64,000 bases of DNA from the human T2T-CHM13v2.0 reference genome, Homo sapiens: the NCBI RefSeq assembly GCF_009914755.1, contig NC_060936.1; one strand, written 5' to 3'. Positions 52,148 to 64,000 of this stretch are shown here, in pieces. The position numbers and the translations under genes are program-made. Position 1 is the stretch's first letter, and each line of letters opens with the position of its first letter. Under the pieces are notes generated by a model that saw only the letters and a list, made by a program, of their open reading frames with translations, was not told where the DNA came from and made no database searches.

Positions 52148-53223
52148 GTATAGCCCACTACATACCTAGGCTATATGGTGTAGCCTATTGCTCCTAGGCT
52201 ACAAACCTGTACAGTATGTTACTGTACTAAATAGTGTAGACAGTTTTAACACAGTGGTAAGTATTTGTGTATTCAAACATACCTAAACACAGAAAAGGTA
52301 CAATAAAAGTATGATATAAAAATTAAAAATGGCTCAGCTGTTTGGGCACTTATCATAAATTAACTTAGTAGGACTGGAAGTTGCTCTGAGTGACTAGTGA
52401 GTAAATGTGAAGGCCTAGGATATTACTGTCCACTACTGCAGACTTCATAAGTGCTATACACTTAGGCTATGCTATATTTATAAAAAATAATATTCTTTCT
52501 TCAATAATAGATAATTACTTCAACTTATCTTATAAACATTTTAATTGTTTTTAATTTTTTGGCTCTTTTATAATGACACTTAGCTGAAAACACAACCACA
52601 TTATGCAGCTTTACAAAAATATTTTCTTTATATTCTTATTCTATAAGCTTTTTTATATTTTTAATTTTTTAACATTTTTGCTCTGTAAACATTTTGTTAA
52701 AATCTAAGACAAAGACACACAGATTAGCCTAGTATGAAACAGGGTCAGGATCATCTACGCAGTGTTTTCCAGCTCCACATCTTGTCCCCTGGAAGGTCTT
52801 TGGGGCAGTAACACAAGTGGAGCGGTCATCTCCTATGGGAACAATTCCTTCTTTTCTTTTCTAATACCTCCTGAAGGATATTCCAGAGACTGTTTCACAG
52901 TTAGCTTTTTAAAAAAATAAGTAGTACACTCTAAAATAATGCTTAAAAGTATAGTATAGTAAATACATAAACCAGTAACACAATCGTTCTTTAGCATTAT
53001 CAAGTATTCTGCACTGTACATAATTCTGTGCTATATTTTCAAATGACAGGCAGTGCAATATATTTGTTTCCACCATTATCATAGCCAACACATGAGGAAT
53101 GCTTGTCGTTCTGACAGCTAAGACTTCATTAGGCGACAGGAATTTCTGAGTTCCATTATAATCTTATGGGATCACTTTCATACATGCCGTCCTTTGTTGA
53201 CTGAAATATTATGCAACACATGA

Positions 53224-53578
53224 TAATATGGCTTGGCTCTGTGTCCCCACCCAAACCTCACCTTGAATTGTACTCCCATAATTCCTATGTGTTGTGGGAG
53301 GGACCTGGTGGGAAATAATTTGAATCATGGGGGCAGTTTTCCCCATACCGTTCTCATGGTAGTGAATAAATCACACGAGATCTGATGGGTTCATCAGGGG
53401 TTTCTGCTTTTGCATCTTCCTCATTTTCTCTGGCTGCCACCAAGCAAGAAGTGCCTTTCACCTCCTGCCATGATTCTGAGGACTCCCCAGCCATGTGGAA
53501 CTGTAAGTCCCATTAAACCTCTTTTTCTTCCCAGTCACGGGTATGTCTTTATCACCAGTGAGAAAACAGACTAATAGG
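53224..53578 (+). mobile_element. THE1 (THE1C-like) solo LTR
   Basis: taatatggcttggctctgtgtccccacccaaacctcaccttgaattgta...gaaaacagactaata, with 5-bp TSD CATGA at 53219-53223 and 53579-53583. Confidence 0.93.
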
Positions 53579-53736
53579 CATGACTATATATATCAAAATA
53601 CGTGGATCTGTGTTCAAAGAATAAGTGATAAAGAAGGAAAATGCAGCTCAATAAGCTACAGAAGACCAAAATAACACAATATTTTCTTCAAAATATGAGC
53701 CAGAGTTTAGTACTTCTGCTGCATTTAATAAAGTAT

Positions 53737-54013
53737 TATGGGTTTTTTTCAATGTTATATTTTTAGAATTTTTATAGATTCAGGTCTTAGGTTTAAGCCC
53801 TTAATCCATCTTGAGTTGATTTTTGTATAGGTGAGAGATGAGGAACCAGTTTCATTCTCCTACATGTGGCTAGCCAATTACTCAACACCATTTTTGAAAA
53901 GGGTGTCCTTTCCCCACTTTGGCTTTTTGTTTGCTTTGTCGAAGATCAGTCGGCTGTAAGTATTTGGGTTTACTTCTAGGTTCTCTATTATGTTCCATTG
54001 GTCTATGTGCCTA
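53737..54013 (-). mobile_element. L1PB-like ORF2 internal fragment
   Basis: ttaatccatcttgagttgatttttgtata..ccagtttcattctcctacatgtggctagccaatta..gctttgtcgaagatcag. No tail is seen. Confidence 0.85.
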
Positions 54014-54058
54014 CATTCACCTCTGAGCAAGAGGTGAATGGGATATGCTGACTGACTT

Positions 54059-54868
<810 letters not shown>

Positions 54869-56059
54869 ACTTTAGCAAATCAGTCTACCCCTACAACATA
54901 AAGCACATGCACTGTGTGAAAAATGCCTGAGACACTCTGGAATTGGGATACTTTTACTAAGAGATAGAGAGCATTAACTCTGAGGAGTGATGAAAGTTGG
55001 TTATGTAGGATTTAAGTTGAAGTTTTTAAACAAGTATCTATGATTGCCTATACTGATGGAATTATGTTCCCTGAAAAGCAGATAAATGATTTTGTTTTAT
55101 TTTTACAGCCCAAAGGATAGCTGACACATGAGCCTGTGGGTTTTTAAACAAATAATTTTCATCAAAAATATAAACATTTAAATTTAGTCTTATAAAAGAT
55201 GCATTTCTTTGACAATGTTGGTTAGTACTGACTAATAAACATTAAAGATTGTTATCACAAAAATGAAAATACCCCACATAAATCCATATTGAATATGAAA
55301 TATAAGAAATGTGAGAATGATTATTTCCATGCCAAATGTAATAAAATGGCTCACAATACAATTTTAGAAGGATAAGCAACATACGTTTTGGAATTCTGAT
55401 TTTTTAGGGTAACTATATCTAGGAAAAATAATATCTGTATTTTATAAAAAGTAGATAATATAAGGCAATGCTTTCCTAACTCAATACAAATGGCTGACTT
55501 GAACATGATATCTGAATAAGAAAATTCTCTAGTGTTGCTTTTCTTCTTTATTGAGAAAGCTGATACAAATTCATATGTACAAAGAGTAAATATAAGATTA
55601 AAATATTAATTTAGACTCCAGTAGAAGTAATGTTTTCAATGATTTTTTTTCTGAAATAGGTATGAGCTTATAATAATACATCCATTACATAATCTTAAAA
55701 ATTTATGTTGGTATCTGGATTCAATATTTATTTTAAATTTATAAATTTTCAGTAAACCTGGTCAAAATATTCCTCACCTGAATTAAACTTACCACTGAGC
55801 TAAAACCATATTGTATTTAGTTTGAATATATGCTGATGCACAATACTACCTAACCATTATAATTATTTTTACTCTCACCACCATCACCATCATATCTCTA
55901 TTATCATTATTATTACTAGTACTATTTCTACTATAATGTTGACTACCTTTGCTGAAACTATTAAAACTGTTATTATATAATAACTAATTCATACTTTGTT
56001 AGTTCATCAGTGATAGAACTATAGTGAAAACATCTCTCAAGTTTTCCAGACCTTAACGT

Positions 56060-56280
56060 TGAAAAGCACAGCATTTGAAATAGACAGATCATGCCAATTA
56101 CTAGCCATACGGCTTTGGACAAGTAATTTATTCTCTCTGAACCTCAGTTAATTCCTCCATAAAATGTGATAATAATATCTATCTCTTAGTCTATTGAAAA
56201 ATAGTACAATAATGTATATAGAATACATGGATCTAGAAGCTGATAGTACATATAATATTCTGGGGATCAATAAATACTAA
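56060..56280 (+). mobile_element. MIR SINE
   Basis: ttactagccat..gctttggacaagtaattta.tctctctgaacctcagtt..cctccataaaatg.gataataata. Confidence 0.8.
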
Positions 56281-57489
56281 TTCATTTCTGATCCAGGCAA
56301 ATGACCCTTATCTTTCTGTCCTTGTTTTAAGATGTTCTTCATAGGGTGAGTTTTCTATTGCTCTCAAAATTTCATATACTCATATTTGGACATTCTCTAG
56401 GTCCATTACATATTTCTTGAAGTACAAGGTTCTGAATAATAGCTGATACACATGATCTACAAAGGGGTATTTTGCAATAATTAAAAGTTATGCTGAATTT
56501 GGCATTTATTCTTTTATTTTGTATAAATTTTTTATTTCAATAGACATTATTTTTCATTGTCTTGAGAAAAATGTGCTAAAATATTTTAATGAATTTTTAC
56601 TGGCTTTATGTCATTAGTCAGACTTTGATGTTTATCTTACGAGACCCTTAATTCTTTTATGATAATTTACTGATAATCAAGATAGTAGTATCAAAGTAAG
56701 GAGGTGATTTATAAAAACTGGTTTTTTTTTCAGCCTGCACAATACAACCGTTAAGAAAATCTTCTATTTAATTTGTAAAAATAAGCTGCTTAGGCTGTAT
56801 ATTATATAACTAAAGTCTTGGCTACATTATTATAGCAGCCATAATTAATAGTCTTCCTCAAATATAAACTATTGTGTGGCCCATTTAATTCAATTGTAAG
56901 AATCAAACTGACTAGTACATTTTTAAAACGAGAATAGATAACACTAAAGGCAGTAAAATTATAAATGACACAAGTGATTAAAATGAAAAATTCCATAAAT
57001 TTTTTTGATGGTAAGAATTTAGTCTCTCTCTGGACAGCTTTCAACACCAAGCTTTTTTAGGATCTACCAGTCTGGGGAAGTTTGTACATATTTATTCTCA
57101 TGCTGAAATTAAAAACAAAAATCTCTTTGTCTTGAAATTAACATGAATGTATTCAATGAGTACTCAATAAATACTTTCTGATTATCTGTCTGAAACATTT
57201 GAAATATTTTCTTTATTTGTAAGCAAATATAATATGTGACTTATAACAGAATGGAATGAGCAGTTACATACCAAGGAGAATATGAACTTTCCTTTTTCAA
57301 TATAAATTGATTCTAAAATTCAACAGTGTTTAGACGATTCTCTTTTTTTTTGCCTGAATTTTTCTATTGAGCTTATGACTTAGAATAATTCTTCCTTTCA
57401 TCACTTCTTCCACAATCTTATGAAATTATAAAACAATTACACTACCTGTAGAAACTTTCTTGTAATTAAAACACAAGTGAAAAACTGAC

Positions 57490-57823
<334 letters not shown>

Positions 57824-60800
57824 TTATTATTTCTCAAAAGGATCCCAAATTGATATGTCAAATTAAATCAAAGTACAAATTTACTTCTAAACATGGCATC
57901 ATTCATTTTTTCATCATATTGATGGATTCAGTTTCTTTACCGAGTCTATATATTTTCTCAGTTCAGAAACAAAGTGACTTGTTCTTTATATTACTCTCCT
58001 TGGGAGAAACATCTGCTAAGTATTTGAGACTTAAGTATTTTCCTGTGTCTAGAAGAAGTACCTTTGTTATTGCTTTGTTTCATACCTATATTTGCATAAT
58101 TTTGTTCAAGAGAAGTATACTTTCTTTTCCAATTACTACCTATTAGAAAAATAAGCAGATAAAATGTACTTAGAAAGCACATGTTAAGTAATTTGCTCAT
58201 TTATATTTGATTAGATTGCTCTTTAATTGTATCTGGGAAGGTTTAGAGCGTAGAGAGTGGGAAACAAATACTTAAGCATTGCAGTAGCCTGCCACCCATC
58301 AAAAGCACTTCACTTCTTAAATGTCAGTATCCTTATTTGTAAATGACGACTTTGTTACTTGTCTTGCCTTATAAGCTTTTGGAAGCATTTTAGAGTAAAT
58401 GAGTTTTTTGATAAAGCACTGCAAATTTAAGATCAGTTTGATAATTTTCTCTAATTTAAAATGTACAATAAAAGATGGACAGCTTATCTTTTATGAAGAT
58501 TCCTTAAAAGCTCTAAATACAATCAGGGTTACTTCACTGGATTAATAACAGAATTAAGTCAGTATTTATTGCACTAACTTCCTACACTTATTATAATGCA
58601 GGTTATTACCTGTGGTAACTTCTTTTCTAATAAATGGATTCAAAATCCTTATATGTAAAGATCCAAGGAGCTGCAATTTACAATGAAAAACAGTTTGATG
58701 CTTAATAAATCTCCTTTAATAAGCATTCAGTTAAGTAAAAGTGTTAAAATTTTGGTAAAAATATCTGTAAGAATTTATTCATGACTTTGCAATAGACCTT
58801 TTGGATGACACATATTCAATTAGGGAAAAACAAGATGAAACAAAAACAAAGTAATCATCTCATTCCATGGAGAACTTAGAAATATGCAATTTAGTTGCTA
58901 AATTTAGGTTTTATTTCAAACTTAGGAGATTTTATTCCTAATTTTACGTCACTATAACAATAACTAAAAATACTAAAAAGTTCAAATGCTACGTTTGCAT
59001 TTTTTATTTTTCTTGAATTCAAGAAGAAAAAACAGCATATAATTAATCACATTATTTCTAGTTATGTGTTTTACAATTCTATGTTACTCATAAATCGTGA
59101 CCATTTTTGTTTTCAGTTATGATAGCCACTTAGTTAGACTCAAATAATGTTTTCTAATAGTCTTGTCTAAATAATTCACAAACAGGATCCACAAGTTCCA
59201 AAATGTAATATTTTATTTGATTAACCAGTAATTTTTAGTCCTCATTTTTGCTTGGACATAACTTTGTCAAGAATATTATAGGACTATATACATTTCTTAC
59301 TATCTATATTCACTTCAAAATTTTAGCTAATATAGATTTCAAGTTCTTGTTTCTTGCAGAATCTCCCACCCCAAACCCATTATAAAAAGGTTTGTTTGGA
59401 AAAAGAAATATTTTTTTGATATGGTGTGGTTTTTGTTGTAAGTAGGGTTTATAAATTTAAGGACCACCCTTCATCCACCAGTTTTTAATTTAATCATGGG
59501 TTTCTTGTGCCTGATAGCAGCATAACCCATTTTTCTATTTTTTTTCCTTTGTCACCCTCACTAATGAAACCAGTAATAGTCCTGAACCCCATGCCGTTTT
59601 GTCATGTAGTTACAGCTTGTCCTTTTATAAAAGAAAATTAGAAAACTGCTGAGTGTTATAGATATTAATGGTTGTTAGAAAAGCATAATAAAAGCCTCTC
59701 TTTCTGGAGCACTGCTAAGCTTTTATGTCATTATTCATGAGTGACTAATGCATTCAAAGAAGAGTGCCGATCTCTAAGGCTGGGATGATGAACAGTGGAG
59801 AGGGACAGAATGGCTAAGAGAAAGTCGTTTGTCAAATGTGAAGATTTAATAACAGGCTTGCCTACAATAAGATATTTCAGCTGAACTTAGAAAAAGAAAC
59901 TTTTCTTACATATGAGGTATTATTCATGGTATTTCAAATCACCAGGAACAAATCTATAGGATACCTTTGTTTAAATGAATATTTTTCAGGAACACACACA
60001 ACCCCCAAATCCAGAAAGTAAGCGTCTTATGAAATGCCATTGAACTATACCTGTTTTATTTCTTTTATCATACCATATCACATATATATTGCTCAATTTG
60101 TGGGTAGTTAAAAGAATCATAAATAGAGCATCTGGATTTGTTGGTGTTCTTTGACTGTAAGCAATGAAAACCAACTCAGGGTTTATATAAAACATGAGTT
60201 TATTAGAAGGATATAGAGTAGCTTTTGAAATCCTAGGAAAGTCTGAAGATCAAGGAGGACAGGATCAAAGACGTTTCTAGAAGTATGGTAGGAGGAACTA
60301 ATGGACAGTCTCATGAGGGTAATGCCATTAGTAAAAATCACCTCCCAACATTTTTGTTTTAAACGTTTTTCAGTTCAAATTTCAAATTCCAAAGACAGAC
60401 AGCCATATGACTATCAGGGGAGAGTATGTGCGTGATCTTATTTGTAAGGTTTCAGGCAAAGGCTGGATGGTGTAATTACGCAAGCAAATATTGAGGTTGT
60501 ATTACTTAAAAAAGTAAGGGGGGGCAGACAAGATAAACGCTGGGAAGATAAAAGGATAGTTATGAACTATACCTGCCTTCTGGATATCTCTCAGGCCTAT
60601 TTATTTTCTTTTTCCGCAACAAACACAAAATTATAGTGACCATTTACATAGTGTCCTAAACTACATGCTTTCCTGTGACACTGATTAGAATCTGTCCCTT
60701 AGAGAATGTCAGCATCATCTTTGATTTAGCAGCATCTTAATGTTGTATAGAAGTGTAACAACTTATAACTGCAGGATAAAATATGTTTTTCAGATTAAGG

Positions 60801-61149
60801 TGATCAATAACCTCTAATTCCAAACACATTATTGCTAAATTACGATGCATGTGAAATCTGGATACAAGTTAACTACTGATTAATTCATTGTGACTCGCTT
60901 GGCTTAGGGATACAGTTTAAACATGGAAAGATAAGAGAAGAAAATAATTTTGTTCATTTGGACTAAAACTGTAGTTTTGGTTTCTTCAGAACAACTCAAG
61001 AATTTATATTATTACTGGAGAATTAGTTTTGCTTCATTTTCTCATAGATTAGTAATACATAAAGGGAATTTGATTTTGCAAACATTATTGTTTAAAACAT
61101 CAATAAATATATCCATAAAATAATCACTCTATTAGTCTGTTAGATAGAT

Positions 61150-61500
61150 CAGTCATCCATTAATTCAATTAAGAATTATTGAGTCTTTTATGTTCTAAGA
61201 AGTGTTCTAAAAACAGGGGCTCTATTTGGTGGGAAAAACAAAATGAAACAAAATAAAACTCTGTCTTTATGTAGCTCACATTCTACTGGAAATATACAAG
61301 ATAAATATACCCATGAATATATAATAAAATGCCAGCTAGTTGCATGTGCTATGAAGAAAAAAGAAAGCATGGAGATGGAGAATAATGGAGGTGGGGGTGG
61401 TGACGTGGAGGACAAATATTTTAGATAGAGTGGTTAGGAAGGGCATCTATAAGTGTGTCCTTTGAATAGGAATGACAATAAGATTAGACAAGCAGTTACA
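61150..61500 (-). mobile_element. L2 3' fragment
   Basis: attcaattaagaattattgag; gtagctcacattctactgga; tattttagatagagtggttaggaaggg. Confidence 0.65.
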
Positions 61501-61650
61501 TCACGAAGACGTTATGCAATGTGAAAGAGTTGGTCAATTAACATCTGATAGGGTTTCGTTATTCTTTAAGTGTTATATTACTCAAGATCCCATCAGTTAT
61601 TTCTTTTCCTACCCTGCAAACATTTCCTACATTCTCTTATCCACTCATAT

Positions 61651-61962
61651 CTTTGTTTTTTTGTTTTTGTTTTTTCTTTTTTTGAGATGGAGTTTTGCTC
61701 TTGTCATCCGGTCCGGCATGCAATAGCGTGATCTCAGCTCACTGCAACCTCCGCCTCCCAGGTTCAAGTGATTTCCTGCCTCAGCCTCCCAAGTAGCTGG
61801 AATTACAGGCACACACTACCACGCCTGGCTAATTTTTGTATTTTTAGTAGAGACGAGGTTTCACCATGTTGGCCAGGCTGGTCTCGAACTCCTAACCTTG
61901 TGATCCGCCCACATCGGCCTCCCAAAGTGCTGGGATTACAGGCATGAGCCGCGCGCCTGGCT
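61651..61962 (-). mobile_element. AluS (Sg/Sq-like)
   Basis: Antisense Alu dimer with TSD CACTCATAT at 61642-61650 and 61963-61971. Confidence 0.93.
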
Positions 61963-62639
61963 CACTCATATTTTTGACTATAAAAATATGATAAGATTAT
62001 TATATGCGAAATCCTATCTGGTGTCCTGAGCTCCATTACAGACTTCAGACTTCAACTGTTTAGTGTCTGTCAGGATACCAGAATGTCCCAGAGTCACCTT
62101 ATATACATTCTTTCCAAGTCGAAATGAATTATTTTCAGCATCCCATTCATATTCCTTTCTTAACTCTGTAACCACATATAGAAACCTACAGCCATTCTTG
62201 ACTACTTTTTCCTCATGGAAACATAAGACTCAATTTATTTTGCATCTTAAATATTTCATAAATAAAAAAGCTGCTTCTGTTCATTCTGACTACCCTCATC
62301 CTTTATCATTGATTACTTGCACTTTTGCAACAGCTTCCCATATATTTTCCTAGGCTTCAATTAAATATCCTCATCTGTCCTTCTACTGACCTTACTGAGA
62401 TAATTGTATATATGACTTTGTCAGGCTCCTTCTTAAAACCATTCAGTGACTGTTATTGCCTAAAGTCCAAGCTCCTTATAAAACATTACTTCTTATATAA
62501 TCAGTCCTAAGTTTAAACAAGCCCTTTGATTAAATCTAATAAATTCTTATCAGTTCTTTACTCACCTTATACGCTCAAGAAAAGTATTTAACAAAATCGA
62601 CCATGTCTAGGAACTCTCTTTGGATTCTGTGATGCCATA

Positions 62640-63098
62640 TTTTGCAGACATTTGTAGGTGCTATGGCCAGATTCCTTCCGATTACTTTTATCATATCTGC
62701 ATACCTATACTCCCCTCCTATGAAACTTGCTTCTAACTTCCTGCATTTGCAGTTAAATTTTAAGGACTGCATACAGACAACTGTGACCCTTTTGCAGAGA
62801 ACAGACAGTACGTGGGAGCCAATAACCACATGGAGCTGACTTCGGCAAATACCCTATGAGAGTATAAAAGTTCAGCTCATTTGCATGGAGTTGGGAAAAA
62901 TTCTGAGGAGCATTTTACCCTTCAGGTCTTGCCTAAGGAAGCAGGCTACAGTTGGGATTTTCCCAATAATCACACACTTACATGGTTTCTTCCTCTTCCC
63001 TACTCCCTTACCAGTTTCTCCAGAAATACTTTTCTAATAAATCACCAGAATGTGAATCACGTTCTGAAAGGCCTGCTTCTGAAGACATGATTAAATAC
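62640..63098 (+). mobile_element. LTR16-like ERVL solo LTR amid L2 sequence
   Basis: gagtataaaag..cagctc (TATA-like) and cttccctactcccttaccagtttctcc..ctaataaatcac..tgaatc..ggcctgcttctg resemble the LTR16 3' end. Confidence 0.6.
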
Positions 63099-63430
63099 TC
63101 CACTCTATCCTGTTTCCTTTATCCTGCTTGGCTCCTCTTCCTTGCTTTCCGCTACCAGCTTTTCCTTCTTCATCCAACATACAAATTCCTGAGTTCCTCA
63201 GCACTCAAACTCAGACTCATTTCTCATTGCACTCTATACCCCCTCCTTAGGCAATTTTGCCCATACCTATGACTAATGTTACAATCATTTTTTTTTTTTC
63301 ACTACCCTAGACTTTTCTTCTCAGGGTTAGACAATATACCTAACTGCCTCCTCAGGATTCCCACTTGGATATCAGGCAACTCAAACTCAATGTATCTCAA
63401 TGATCTAGCTCAACAAACATTGTATATAAC

Positions 63431-63690
63431 ATATATATATATTTCCATATATATCCATATATATATTTCCATATATATATCATGTATATATTTCCATAGA
63501 TATATCATGTATATATTTCCATAGATATATCATGTATATATTTCCATAGATATATCATATATATATTTCCATATATATATTTCCATAGATATATCATATA
63601 TATATTTCCATAGATATATCATATATATATTTCCATATATATCATATATATTTCCATATATATATTTCCATATATATCCATATATATATA
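63431..63690. repeat. AT-rich minisatellite built on TATATATTTCCATA(GA)TATATCA
   Basis: About ten variant copies of the TTTCCATA core embedded in TA runs. Confidence 0.92.
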
Positions 63691-64000
63691 AAATACAAAT
63701 CATCTCTATATTAGGTACTCACACTATGGAGGAAAATTAACAAGAGAACTGCTGGCTTAAGCGGGCATTCAGACTTGGAGGAGGAAGGTAGAAAGTTCTT
63801 TTGGACTAGTGTCAGGAAGAGAGGAACTTTCCTTATAAATTAGCAGCCACAGACAGCCTGCCTTGTATCAAGAGGGGTGGAGAGGAACAGTTAGACAATA
63901 ATATCCTGTGCAAGAGGATGTGGGGAGGAACAGCTGGAAGATCACGTGTGAAAGGCCACAATGGAAAATGCTGTGTCCTTCAGAGTCTCTCCCAACATCA

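Larger units (their letters stand above)
51676..53586 (-). mobile_element. Tigger3 (Tigger3b-like) TcMar DNA transposon with two nested insertions
   Basis: The termini are CAGTCATG (51676) and CATGACT(A) (53579-53586), flanked by TA. The internal ttctgagaaaatgcattgttaggcaatttt and ccattataatcttatggga match Tigger3. It is about 1.2 kb once the inserts are removed. Confidence 0.9.

Noticed and set aside
59340-59443. Possible exon (ttcttgtttcttgcag ... gtaagt)
   Set aside because: It has no coding signature and no supporting gene structure. It could at most be a lncRNA exon, which cannot be tested from sequence alone.

Overview
This is primate DNA, almost certainly human, because it carries an Alu with all five AluYa5 diagnostic bases. 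It is AT-rich and CpG-poor, typical of intergenic or deep-intronic sequence. I find no intact protein-coding gene, RNA gene, CpG island or CRISPR array. The longer ORFs in the track are decayed retroelement proteins (HERV-L integrase/dUTPase, L1 ORF1/ORF2, THE1 internal sequence) or chance AT-rich frames. The window is a layered record of transposition: THE1 inside the MLT2A LTR of a HERV-L remnant, an older ERV-L relic, several solo LTRs, a Tigger3 DNA transposon carrying MER1B and THE1 insertions, seven Alus plus one Alu monomer, and L1/L2/MIR fragments. The most notable observations are four L1 insertions with inverted (twin-priming-type) structure and visible flanking duplications, one of which keeps 5'UTR+ORF1 but lacks all of ORF2; a probable mRNA 3'UTR retrocopy splitting an L2; a near-pristine AluYa5; and a mixed-orientation palindromic AT array. 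I see no evidence of a previously undescribed biological system. Repeat subfamily names come from recognising consensus sequences by eye and need RepeatMasker/Dfam confirmation.
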